A model generated the notes under the pieces. That model saw only the letters and a list, made by a program, of their open reading frames with translations, was not told the DNA's origin and made no database searches. This document shows, in pieces, positions 1 to 9,114 of a stretch of 64,000 nt of DNA. Source of the stretch: Candidatus Latescibacterota bacterium (GTDB lineage Bacteria > Latescibacterota > UBA2968 > GCA-2709665). The stretch lies in the NCBI GenBank assembly GCA_965219455.1, contig OZ244744.1, positions 480,001 to 544,000 on the forward strand, given 5' to 3'. Position 1 is the first letter of the stretch. Every line of letters starts with the position of its first letter. Position numbers and translations under genes: made by a program.

Positions 1-2036
1 TTGTAGGCGACTTCGTCACCGTGGGCAACCGCGCCGTATGTGATTCTGCCGTTTTCAAACGACACGACGCAAAGCCGTCCTCTAAAGCTGAGATCTCCAC
101 ACCGGACCCGATCTCCTTCCCCAGTTCCATAGACGATCAGATCCGTGCGGCGGTTCCGCTCCACCCGGATACCACGGGCCAGATGCAACGGCGCTCTGCG
201 CCCGTTTACCTGCACCGGCACCCGGGCGACGCCCACCCGTGACGGGGTCTTTCGGAATGGCACCAGGGCAACGTCGTAATTCATGGAAAACTGGTTCCGG
301 CTGGAAATCCACTTCTGAAACCCGATCCAGTACCGGTTCGGGTACGGATGCGGCGCCCCGTCGGATTCCTCGTAGGAAACGCCCTGGCGAACGTACCGGA
401 TCTCGGAGGGTCTGGCGGGAACAACCTGAAGTCCAGGACCTCCGCCGGCGAGCGACCGGCGTTTTCCAGCCTTCCACCTGAACGGAGCGTGAAGGTACCA
501 CGTGTACGCGTGGTGTCGCTCGGTCTCCAGAATGGTATCGGAGATCAGGAAGTAACGCGGTTTCAGAAACACGATCCGGCGTTCGAGGATCACGCCGAAT
601 TCCTTCTCGTAACCCCCGTGCCTGGCGGAGAAATAGTCCACCTCTTTTCCGGATACCCACTCGACGTCCTCGCCTCGATGGTTCACCCTGTCCAGCGGCG
701 CGTCGTTCACGACAACCTGATTGTGGGCCCGGGGAGACCGGAAGTAGTGATTCAGAGGATTGTCGTAGGATCCCCAGCGGGTCGTCTCGATCGCCAGGGG
801 TTTCCCAAACGCATACATCGAGAAATCCAGCAGATCGTTGTGGCTGTGGCCCCCACCCCATGCGCCGTAGTTGATGACCATATACAGGGCATCGCGGTCC
901 CAGCCAGACCGCATCACGGCGTACCCGGAAGGCGCGAGGTTGATCGACGAAAAAGATGGCTTCTCCGGACGGACCCTGTCAATGGATGGGATCCGGTCGC
1001 GTACGGGCCAGAGATAGCGCCCGGAGCCCGTAAACCGGACCGCTTCCTCCAGAAGGTCGTCCTGGCGGGCAAAACCGCCGTCGTTGAAGCCGATGGATTC
1101 GCCCAGCGGCGTCGCGGTTGCCAGAAACCATTCGTACATTTCCGCGAGGCGGGATCTCACGGGCTCCGGCAATCGGACGTGTGGATTCAGGTCTGCAAAG
1201 TCCACCGTACGTTGAACGCAACGGAGGCTCACGACGCCATAGCCGGCCGTACGCTCGGAGTGGCAGCCGTCCGCAAAGAAATCCTTTTCCGCATGTTCGG
1301 CAATTCGCCGCATTCCGATCTCGATCCAGTCCCCGGCTTCGCGGAATTCATGAAAGAGCCCCCCGCAGTAGACAAGGGCGAATGAACCGGTCAACTGCCA
1401 GTTTCCGCTCACGTATCCTTCACGTTCGAGCAAGTCGAGCCATCGGCATCCGCCCAGAATGGTCTTAAGGATGCGTTCGTGAGTTCGCCACCCGAAAACG
1501 CCGGCGTTCCGGTACTCGCAATAGTGGTCCACAAACTGGGGATTCCTGCCTCCAATCCCAAGTTCATAGAAGATCACGTCGAGGTGCGGAATGGTATTTT
1601 CGATGTCATCCCGCTGGTCATACCACTGATTGAACAACTCCTGGAAACACTCGGCGAATTTCAATTCTCCCGTTTTCGCGTAGGCCACACGAAGCGGGTC
1701 GCTCCAGAACCAGTAGTGCATGCCGTATTTGCCGCTCTGGCCCCAGTCGGCGTTGAAGTCGACCCGTTTTCCGAATCGGTAGGTGGGCGTCTGCCACCCC
1801 TGATACGTGATTTCGTGCTTTACCAATCGTTCCGCCTGCTCGATCGCGTCGGGGCCGGGCCGCCTCTCAAAGCGGTCAACCAGATTTCTCCCGGTTTTTC
1901 TCCCTGCGAAGTAGGCGCCCCAGGCGGAACAGGCATCCTTCCAGCGGCCCGTCGTTGCCGCTTCCCGGACGGCCTCGAGACCGGGCAGATCCAGGTTTAA
2001 CGCGGCGAAGAGATCCTTCTGAGAGATATGGCGCAT
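1..2036 (-). CDS. Heparinase II/III-like polysaccharide lyase (partial, C-terminus runs off left edge; not in ORF track)
   Basis: Manual translation of minus frame from ATG 2036 is open to position 1 (MRHISQKDLFAALNLDLPGLEAV...). Motifs GNWQL, DGCHSERTAGYG, SGYAVMRSGW, GGGHSHNDLLDF and AHNQVVVN are typical of Hepar_II_III-type lyases. Confidence 0.8.
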   Translation of the reverse strand, partial: MRHISQKDLFAALNLDLPGLEAVREAATTGRWKDACSAWGAYFAGRKTGRNLVDRFERRPGPDAIEQAERLVKHEITYQGWQTPTYRFGKRVDFNADWGQSGKYGMHYWFWSDPLRVAYAKTGELKFAECFQELFNQWYDQRDDIENTIPHLDVIFYELGIGGRNPQFVDHYCEYRNAGVFGWRTHERILKTILGGCRWLDLLEREGYVSGNWQLTGSFALVYCGGLFHEFREAGDWIEIGMRRIAEHAEKDFFADGCHSERTAGYGVVSLRCVQRTVDFADLNPHVRLPEPVRSRLAEMYEWFLATATPLGESIGFNDGGFARQDDLLEEAVRFTGSGRYLWPVRDRIPSIDRVRPEKPSFSSINLAPSGYAVMRSGWDRDALYMVINYGAWGGGHSHNDLLDFSMYAFGKPLAIETTRWGSYDNPLNHYFRSPRAHNQVVVNDAPLDRVNHRGEDVEWVSGKEVDYFSARHGGYEKEFGVILERRIVFLKPRYFLISDTILETERHHAYTWYLHAPFRWKAGKRRSLAGGGPGLQVVPARPSEIRYVRQGVSYEESDGAPHPYPNRYWIGFQKWISSRNQFSMNYDVALVPFRKTPSRVGVARVPVQVNGRRAPLHLARGIRVERNRRTDLIVYGTGEGDRVRCGDLSFRGRLCVVSFENGRITYGAVAHGDEVAY

Positions 2037-2089
2037 CTTTGACCGGCTGACACCTGGAGGCATAGGCAGTCCCTTTCAGTCGTTTGCCC

Positions 2090-2118
2090 TTGACATCCCC
2101 GTGAGGAGGTCGAATATT
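2090..2118 (+). promoter_or_regulatory. Putative sigma70 promoter
   Basis: TTGACA-N17-AATATT upstream of the oxidoreductase at 2246. Confidence 0.45.
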
Positions 2119-2245
2119 ACCGATCCCGCGCCTGAAAACGCTCGATGAAGCAGGTGGACATCCAGTGCGGCGAGGTTTCGACCGGTCCACCCGCGAAAGT
2201 CCTTCACGGCTCCGAGAAAACCCGGAAGAAAGGATAAGGCAAACG

Positions 2246-3322
2246 ATGAAAATCTATAGAGCCGCGCTTGTCGGATGCAGCCGGATGGGCGCCTTTATCG
2301 ACAACGAAGTACCGGATTCCAGGAGCGCCTATTCGCATGCGGCGGGATACGAGGCGTGCAAACGCACGGAAATGATCGCCTGTTCGGATTTACGCGTCGA
2401 AGCGATGAGACAGGTCGGACTCCGTTATGGCGTGCCTGACGACAAGCAGTACATCGACTACAGAGATATGATCGAACGCGAGCGACCGGATATCGTCAGC
2501 GTAGCCACCCAGCCCGAGCAGCGCGCTGCAATCGTCGTCGATGCGGTCGACCGGGGAGTCCGCGCGATCTATGGTGAAAAGGCTATGGCCGCATCGCTCG
2601 ACGAAGCGGACGCGATGGTGGATGCGATCGAGCGTAACGGCGCCATTTTCAACCTGGGCACAAACCGCCGCTGGGATCCTGGATACGACGCGATGAAGGA
2701 CGTGATCGACAGCGGACGGATAGGCAGGTTGCGTTCGCTTATCGTCCATCAGACCGGACCCCTCTTCAATGGAGCGAGTCACAGCTTCGACGTGCTCACG
2801 AGGCTCAACAGCGACAATCCCGTGTCGTGGGTTCAGGCCCATCTGCCGAACGGGGATCAGGTGATCGACGGCGAACGCCTGACTGAGGACCCTGTCGGAC
2901 ACGGCATCCTGCAATTCGAAAACGGCGTTACCGCATACGCGCTGAATTCAGGAAGGGGCATGGAAGTGGAGGCGGTGGGCGACAGTGGCGTGGTCACGGG
3001 CATGTGCAACGGGGTGGAATGGCTCGTGCGCGAACACGGCGCCGTGGACCATCGCGGTCGGTCTGTGCTGGAACCGCGGAAATTTCCGGCCTTCGAGCCG
3101 GCCAGTTCAACCGTTCGGCTGATCGAAGACCTCGTCCACTCGCTGGACACCGGCGAACCGCCGCGCGGCGGCGTGAGCACGGCGCGCGCCAATACCGAAC
3201 TCATCTTCGCGTTTGTCGAATCCCATGTTCGGGGCGGGACACGGGTCGAATTGCCGCTGACCGGGAGCCGGTACCGTTTGAACAGAAACAGGCCGCCGCG
3301 GCAACCGAAATATCAACGTTAA
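2246..3322 (+). CDS. Gfo/Idh/MocA family oxidoreductase
   Basis: Rossmann VGCSRMG, PDIVSVAT and EKAMA motifs; ATG 2246 after a purine-rich RBS. Confidence 0.85.
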   Translation: MKIYRAALVGCSRMGAFIDNEVPDSRSAYSHAAGYEACKRTEMIACSDLRVEAMRQVGLRYGVPDDKQYIDYRDMIERERPDIVSVATQPEQRAAIVVDAVDRGVRAIYGEKAMAASLDEADAMVDAIERNGAIFNLGTNRRWDPGYDAMKDVIDSGRIGRLRSLIVHQTGPLFNGASHSFDVLTRLNSDNPVSWVQAHLPNGDQVIDGERLTEDPVGHGILQFENGVTAYALNSGRGMEVEAVGDSGVVTGMCNGVEWLVREHGAVDHRGRSVLEPRKFPAFEPASSTVRLIEDLVHSLDTGEPPRGGVSTARANTELIFAFVESHVRGGTRVELPLTGSRYRLNRNRPPRQPKYQR

Positions 3323-3379
3323 GATTGGATCGGCCGGGTATTGGGTCCGGCGTGACCGTCAATTCGGTCGGCCCGGATG

Positions 3380-3763
3380 TTACAAGGGCAAAGGCCGGTA
3401 CACAATCTGCAGCAGATTGCCTTCGGGATCCGCGAGGAAGTTGAACCGGGTCCCCGTTGACGTCTCGCGGTACGGCCCCACAAATCCGGCGCCACGTCTC
3501 TCCAGCATCCGGCACGCCGAATCGAAGTCATCCACGGCGAGCGCAATATGCCGGATACCCGCATCGTCGGCGGCGCTTTCCGCGGGCGGCCGTTGGTTCG
3601 ACGGCAGGAACTCCAGAATGCCTCCGCCTGGAAGGCGCAAGAAATAGGTCTGGCTCTCGTCGTTTTCAAGGATCATCTCAAAACCCAGGATGTCGCAGTA
3701 CCACCGTGCGAGCGTATTGGAATCGGCCGCAACAATTGCAATATGCTCGATCGATCGGATCAT
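3380..3763 (-). CDS. VOC/glyoxalase family protein
   Basis: IEHIAIV...WYCDILGF...LEF...IRHIAL...DPEGNLLQI; overlaps the upstream gene stop (ATGA coupling). Confidence 0.85.
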   Translation of the reverse strand: MIRSIEHIAIVAADSNTLARWYCDILGFEMILENDESQTYFLRLPGGGILEFLPSNQRPPAESAADDAGIRHIALAVDDFDSACRMLERRGAGFVGPYRETSTGTRFNFLADPEGNLLQIVYRPLPL

Positions 3764-4788
3764 GCATCCCCCATCGGTGAAATGGTGATCTCGCAGCCCG
3801 CCTTCAGCGAGGCATCGACCGCAGAGGCGATCCGGACGACCGCCAGCCCGTCCCGGGATGTGATCAGCGGCTCCCACAAGTTCCGTACCACCCCCGCAAA
3901 GTGCCGGATCAGCGAACGTGACGTGCCCTCAGTCTGGCCATGAACGTCGGGTGCGACGGATGTATCGGGATACACGATGTCTTCGGCGCCGTAAATCGAG
4001 AGTCCGTTTTCGTACGGAAGGACCTCTACGGCCCCGGCCGTGCCGCGTACGGTGAAGAGTTGGTTCTGTGGCCGTCCATCCCGGATGGGCGAACCCCATA
4101 CATTTTCCAGAACGGCAACCGCGCCGCATTCAAAGGTGAGGACGGCGACGATCAGGTCCTGCCGGCGCCGCCCGCCGGATCGTGCGTAGGCCATGACCCG
4201 CGTGACCGCGCTTCGGGACGTCCAGAGCGCCAGATCGATGTCGTGCGGCAGCAACCAATAGGCCAGCGGAAACCGGCCGAGCACCCTGTCCACTGCCGCC
4301 GGTTGGGACGACCTGCGGCTGTACACATGGAGAACCTCGCCGATATGGCCACGGGCTACCGCCTTCCGCATAGCGGCGAATCGAGGATCGAAACGCAGGC
4401 TGTGACATACCATCAGGTGCACGTCGTTCCGGTCCGCCTCATGCACCATTCGGACGGCGTGGGAAGGAGACGTTGCCATCGGCTTTTCTACGAGGACATG
4501 CTTCCCGGACTCCAGACAGGCCGCAACGGGATCCGCGTGCGCCCATTCGGAGGTGGCCACAACGACTGCTTCGATCTGCGGATGGTCGGAGAGCATGTCG
4601 CGGTAGCGAGCGCCGGTATAGCCCGGCACACCGATTTCCGTCGCCACGTTCCGGGCGGTGGCCTCCCCCTGACCGCAGACGGCAACCAGCCTCGTCAGCG
4701 CCGACTGATCGAGGAGTCGAGCGTAAAGACCGCCCATCCGGCCCGGGCCGATAACGGCGACGTCTACGGGTTGAACTGTTTCCACCAT
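3760..4788 (-). CDS. Gfo/Idh/MocA family oxidoreductase
   Basis: VIGPGRMG, GKHVLVEKPMA and HDID motifs. Confidence 0.85.
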   Translation of the reverse strand: MVETVQPVDVAVIGPGRMGGLYARLLDQSALTRLVAVCGQGEATARNVATEIGVPGYTGARYRDMLSDHPQIEAVVVATSEWAHADPVAACLESGKHVLVEKPMATSPSHAVRMVHEADRNDVHLMVCHSLRFDPRFAAMRKAVARGHIGEVLHVYSRRSSQPAAVDRVLGRFPLAYWLLPHDIDLALWTSRSAVTRVMAYARSGGRRRQDLIVAVLTFECGAVAVLENVWGSPIRDGRPQNQLFTVRGTAGAVEVLPYENGLSIYGAEDIVYPDTSVAPDVHGQTEGTSRSLIRHFAGVVRNLWEPLITSRDGLAVVRIASAVDASLKAGCEITISPMGDA

Positions 4789-4886
4789 AGGATTCCTCGG
4801 CCCGTGTCCGCAGGATGCGGAGCGAAACTCCCTTCCTGCCGCCAACCCTAACCTGAGACTTCATCGACGACGACAAAGGAGGAGTT

Positions 4887-6323
4887 ATGCTGCGTTTGCC
4901 AGCCAGCTTCCTGCTGTGCGCCTTGTTTGCCCTTTGCAGCCCCCCGCTTGCGGCCGACGAACCGTCGTCCGACGGCCAGACCCTCTATGGCCAGTATTGC
5001 TCGGCCTGCCACGCGCAGAACCTGGAGGGCATCAACGCGCCCAGCCTGATTGACGGCGTCTGGATTTACGGCGGACGCGGGAATATTGCTCGGAACATCA
5101 GGTTCGGCATCGTCCAGCAGGGAATGCCGGCGTTCGGGGAAGTCCTCACGCGGGACCAGATCAACGCCATCTCGGCATATATCCGGGAGGCCGAAAAATC
5201 CGCCGGCGCCACCAAACCGCCCATTCCGGACACCCTCGAAACCTACGACTATCGGATCCGCGTTGAACGCTGGGTGGAAGGCCTGCGGATTCCCTGGTCG
5301 ATAGCCTTCCCGGATACCGCCACCGCACTCATCACCGAGCGACCCGGGAGGCTTCGCGTGGTTAAGAACGGCGTGCTTCGGCCCGAACCCGTGTCGGATA
5401 CACCTCAGGTTCTGCACCAGGGTCAGGGCGGCCTGATGGACGTGGCCGTAGATCCCGCTTATTCGGAAAACGGCTGGGTCTACCTGTCTTACAGCCATGC
5501 GCTCAGAGACACCGCCAACAGCGACCGTGCACCCGCCATGACGCGACTGGTACGGGGTCGTCTGAAAAACAACGTCTGGACCGATCAGCAGGTCATCTAC
5601 GAAGCCCCGCACGAGACCTATGGCAGAACCCGGCACCACTACGGCTGCCGCATTGTCTTCGATAAGGCGGGCTACCTCTACTTCCCGATCGGAGACAGGG
5701 GAATTCCCCGGCATGCGCAGGACCTGAGCCGGCCCGGCGGCAAAATTCACCGCATCCACCGGAGCGGCCGGATTCCAAGTGACAACCCCTTCCTGGAGCG
5801 GGAAGGCGCCCTCCCCACCGTCTTCAGCTTCGGCCAGCGTAACCCGCAGGGCCTGGCGGTCCATCCGCTTACCGGCGCTTTATGGGAAAGCGAGCACGGA
5901 CCGATGGGTGGCGACGAAATCAACCTCATCCGGGCAGGAATCAACTACGGCTGGCCGACAATCACCTATGGCCGGAACTACAACGGGACCCTCGTCTCGG
6001 AGTTCGAGCGCAACCCCGGCCTGGAACAACCCGTTCTGTTCTGGCGGCCCTCCATCGCCGTGTGCGGAATCGACTTCTACCGAGGCAGCCTTTTTCCGCG
6101 GTGGAAGAACCGCCTGCTCGTCGGCGCCCTCGCGTACGAGGAAGTCCGTATCCTCACGGTCGAAAACGGACGTGTGATATACCAGGAAACTATCCTGAAA
6201 AATGCCGGCCGCGTGCGCGACGTAGCGAGCGGACCGGGCGGCGCCCTCTACGTCGTTTTAAACAGCCCCGGAACCGTACTGCGTCTCACACCGATCGCGA
6301 ATAACAACGCGGGCGAATTCTGA
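4887..6323 (+). CDS. PQQ-dependent glucose/sorbosone dehydrogenase family protein with N-terminal c-type cytochrome
   Basis: Signal peptide, CSACH heme motif, GQGGLMDV, HYGCRI, RNPQG, EHGPMGGDEIN, GRVRDV; AGGAG RBS. Confidence 0.85.
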   Translation: MLRLPASFLLCALFALCSPPLAADEPSSDGQTLYGQYCSACHAQNLEGINAPSLIDGVWIYGGRGNIARNIRFGIVQQGMPAFGEVLTRDQINAISAYIREAEKSAGATKPPIPDTLETYDYRIRVERWVEGLRIPWSIAFPDTATALITERPGRLRVVKNGVLRPEPVSDTPQVLHQGQGGLMDVAVDPAYSENGWVYLSYSHALRDTANSDRAPAMTRLVRGRLKNNVWTDQQVIYEAPHETYGRTRHHYGCRIVFDKAGYLYFPIGDRGIPRHAQDLSRPGGKIHRIHRSGRIPSDNPFLEREGALPTVFSFGQRNPQGLAVHPLTGALWESEHGPMGGDEINLIRAGINYGWPTITYGRNYNGTLVSEFERNPGLEQPVLFWRPSIAVCGIDFYRGSLFPRWKNRLLVGALAYEEVRILTVENGRVIYQETILKNAGRVRDVASGPGGALYVVLNSPGTVLRLTPIANNNAGEF

Positions 6324-6445
6324 TCCCGACCGGATGCACGCGGACGGAATCTCATTGGCACCGGAACATCCCGTCTATCGAATATCGTGGACACCGTAAT
6401 CAGGATTCCGGACGGCGCCGGGTGCGCTGCATAGCGCCTGGGGTC

Positions 6446-7273
6446 TCATCCCGTGGCAAGGCCCTCGAGTATTCCCTTCAGGTAGCCTATGCTGCGTGCG
6501 GCAATCGTCTCCGGGTCCGGTTCGAAATCGAACACTTCTACAGATACATATCCGTTGTAACGCAGATCCTGGAGCGCTTTCAGGATGGGCGTAAATTGAA
6601 GCTCGCCAAATCCGGGTCCGCGCAGGTTCGGGTCGTTTACATGCACGTGCCGCATGGCTTTTCCGGCCTGGACGATGACCTCGGAATGGGATCTGACCTC
6701 CGTGGCCGCGGCCCGACAGTCCACCATCGTCTGAAAATTCGGATGCCCCACCGCTTCAACCAGCTCCAATGCTTCGGCCACACCGGTCACGAAATTGGTC
6801 TCCTGATCCGTAAGCGGCTCGATGCAATACGTTACGCCCCGATCGGCCATGAGGTCCAAGCACCCCGCGAAGAGTTCCACTGCCCGGGCAAAACAGTCGT
6901 CAGTATTCCATCCCTCTTGAATATTCCGCTGTTGCGGCGAGCCGTGAATCATCACGCTTCCCCCGAGGTCGCCGCAGAAATCAATCAGCGCCTTCACGTA
7001 ATCCTGCGTGCGTTGCCAGACCTGCCGGTCCGGATGGTTGATGTATAACCCGGCGGGTGTTACCAGCAACCAGTGCAGCCCGACGATCTCCACGCCCGCC
7101 GCTTCAGCCGCCCGGCGAATGTCTCGTCGGCTTCCGGATGAAATGCCCTGGACCGACTCCGCCAGTGTGAATGGCGCAATCTCCACCCCGTCGCATCCGA
7201 TTTGCGCGGCATAGTCGAACACCCGCCCGATCTCCCAACCTTCAAAGAACTCATTGCAGACCGCAAGCTTCAT
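6446..7273 (-). CDS. Sugar phosphate isomerase/epimerase (ketose 3-epimerase-like TIM barrel)
   Basis: IEPL..ETNF, HVHVND.N..GPG.G and VSVEVF motifs; GGAGG RBS 8 nt before ATG 7273. Confidence 0.85.
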   Translation of the reverse strand: MKLAVCNEFFEGWEIGRVFDYAAQIGCDGVEIAPFTLAESVQGISSGSRRDIRRAAEAAGVEIVGLHWLLVTPAGLYINHPDRQVWQRTQDYVKALIDFCGDLGGSVMIHGSPQQRNIQEGWNTDDCFARAVELFAGCLDLMADRGVTYCIEPLTDQETNFVTGVAEALELVEAVGHPNFQTMVDCRAAATEVRSHSEVIVQAGKAMRHVHVNDPNLRGPGFGELQFTPILKALQDLRYNGYVSVEVFDFEPDPETIAARSIGYLKGILEGLATG

Positions 7274-7501
7274 AGCCGACACCTCCAGGCGTCCAACCGG
7301 AACTTCAACCGATTATCGGCCGCCGTGATTTAACGCTGCAATCGGACCCTCCCGGCCTCGCACCGTGACGACACGCATCGCCAATCGAAATCGGCTATTG
7401 CAAGTGGAGATTCGGGCAACCGAACCGTTCCGGCACACAAGGTAGCAAACGGGTTTCGCGGCCCGGTCGGATACCGCACCGGCTCCCTGTTGACAAAACC
7501 C

Positions 7502-7530
7502 TTGACAGGAGCCCCGATTTTCTCTAACAT
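7502..7530 (+). promoter_or_regulatory. Putative sigma70 promoter
   Basis: TTGACA-N17-TAACAT upstream of the ABC ATPase. Confidence 0.55.
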
Positions 7531-7578
7531 AAGCGAGCTATCTTCAAAATCCAAGAAAAACGTTCAGGAGAAGCCACT

Positions 7579-8367
7579 ATGGCGTCGGCGCCCGATGCCG
7601 GATCCGCAGATCCCGCAAATGAAGATCACATCATCGAGGTGCATGACGTCTGGAAAACCTATACAATGGGAGACCAGGAGGTCCATGCGCTACGCGGCGT
7701 CTCTCTGAACGTCATCCGAGGAGAATACCTCTCCATCATGGGCCCTTCCGGCTCCGGAAAAACAACGCTTTTCAACATGGTTGGCGCCCTGGATCGCCCC
7801 ACCAAGGGTACGGTCGTGGTCAACGCGATTGAAATGGGCACCCTGAGCCAGGCGCAAATTGCCTACCTGCGCTGCCACAATATCGGTTATATCTTCCAGA
7901 GTTTCAACCTGATACCCGTAATGACCGCCCTGGATAACGTCGCGCTGCCCATGGTTTTTTCGGGAATGAAGAAAACAGAATACGAAGAAAAGGCAGCTCT
8001 CAAACTCTCAATGGTGGGTCTTGGTGAACGCCTTCACCACAACCCGTACGAACTCTCGGGAGGCCAGCAGCAACGTGTGGCCATCGCACGCGCCATCGCC
8101 AACGACCCCGACCTGGTTCTGGCAGATGAACCCACGGGCAACCTCGACCTCAAAACCGGCCAGGAAATCATCGAGTTGCTGCAAAGACTCCAGTCGGAAA
8201 GTGGCGTTACCATCGTCACCAACACACATGACCACAAGATGCTGGTCGCATCCGACCGCGTTGTGGACTTGCGCGACGGACAGGTGGAACTGGTGCGGAG
8301 GCGGGACGAAATCGACATTCAGGAAGGCCGGATCGAAGGGCTGGATATCGAAGAACTGAGCAACTGA
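7579..8367 (+). CDS. ABC transporter ATP-binding protein (LolD/MacB type)
   Basis: Walker A GPSGSGKT, LSGGQQQRVAIARA, LADEPTGNLD, H-loop THD. Confidence 0.92.
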   Translation: MASAPDAGSADPANEDHIIEVHDVWKTYTMGDQEVHALRGVSLNVIRGEYLSIMGPSGSGKTTLFNMVGALDRPTKGTVVVNAIEMGTLSQAQIAYLRCHNIGYIFQSFNLIPVMTALDNVALPMVFSGMKKTEYEEKAALKLSMVGLGERLHHNPYELSGGQQQRVAIARAIANDPDLVLADEPTGNLDLKTGQEIIELLQRLQSESGVTIVTNTHDHKMLVASDRVVDLRDGQVELVRRRDEIDIQEGRIEGLDIEELSN

Positions 8368-8387
8368 TCCGTGACATCGAACACCAC

Positions 8388-8428
8388 AGGAATAGGCGTC
8401 CGTCAGAACGACGAACGCCTATTCCTTT
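8388..8428 (+). terminator. Hairpin/intrinsic terminator between convergent genes
   Basis: AGGAATAGGCGT...ACGCCTATTCCT inverted repeat after the ATPase stop. Confidence 0.55.
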
Positions 8429-8500
8429 ACCCGGTGTTTTGGATGCGTGTCCTGCCGCGGGTTCGGGAGTCATCCCGCCACCAGATTGACGGAGGGCCGT

Positions 8501-8562
8501 TCGTGTCCCGTCCCCGAAATATGTCACCATTCAGGCAATCTATTTCCGGGACAGAACACTAG
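8501..8562. mobile_element. IS630-like MITE copy 1
   Basis: GTGTCCCGTCCC.GAAATA ... TATTTCCGGGACAGAACACTAG terminal inverted repeats shared with 5 other loci. Confidence 0.7.
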
Positions 8563-8741
8563 CGCTTTTCCTTTTTATGAAGCAAATCGTAATAACCGTT
8601 CTGCTCCAGTCGGCGGATCATATCGCGAATGATCGCGGGGTCGACGCGAAACATCTCCGCAATCTGTGCGGGCGTCCGGCCGTCTTGAACCCATTCAATC
8701 AGGCGATCGCGACTCACGATGTATTCGGGAACAGCCATCAT
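8559..8741 (-). CDS. Small helix-turn-helix protein (60 aa)
   Basis: GRTPAQIAEMFRVDPAIIRDMIRRL resembles an HTH; GGAGG RBS upstream. Confidence 0.6.
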   Translation of the reverse strand: MMAVPEYIVSRDRLIEWVQDGRTPAQIAEMFRVDPAIIRDMIRRLEQNGYYDLLHKKEKR

Positions 8742-8871
8742 TGCCCTCCGGGCCCGGAAAATCGCTTCGTCCCCCGGATAAAACCGGCGCCCGCCGCATC
8801 ATTGAGGGTTACCGCGGGCCTTGTTGCCGGGGAAGATGGAAGGTAGACCGGATATTCTTGCACTGAAAAAG

Positions 8872-8947
<76 letters not shown>

Positions 8948-9114
8948 TCCATTCCACGGGAGAACGCAACATTCCCGTTGTGCGACAAGCGCGGAAATCT
9001 AACAAAACCTCCTGCGGATGTCAAGACTCTCGCGCAGAGAACAACACGGATCACGCGGACTGAACGCCTTTTATCCGCGGAAACCGCCCGACCTCTTCTT
9101 CCGAACTCCGAGCC

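Noticed and set aside
348-2000. Long plus-strand ORFs 348-1385 and 1479-2000
   Set aside because: Antisense shadows of the minus-strand lyase gene; no recognisable motifs.
2141-2206. Hammerhead-like GATGA-stem-GAAA arrangement (GCAGGTGGAC/GTCCACCCGC)
   Set aside because: The core reads TCGATGAA rather than CTGANGA, and stems I/III with a cleavage triplet could not be built. It is probably an ordinary leader hairpin.
8371-8562. Short ORFs ending ...ISGTEH (also 18193-18585 and 29636-30142)
   Set aside because: The shared peptide comes from the MITE end; there is no transposase DDE domain, so these are not genes.
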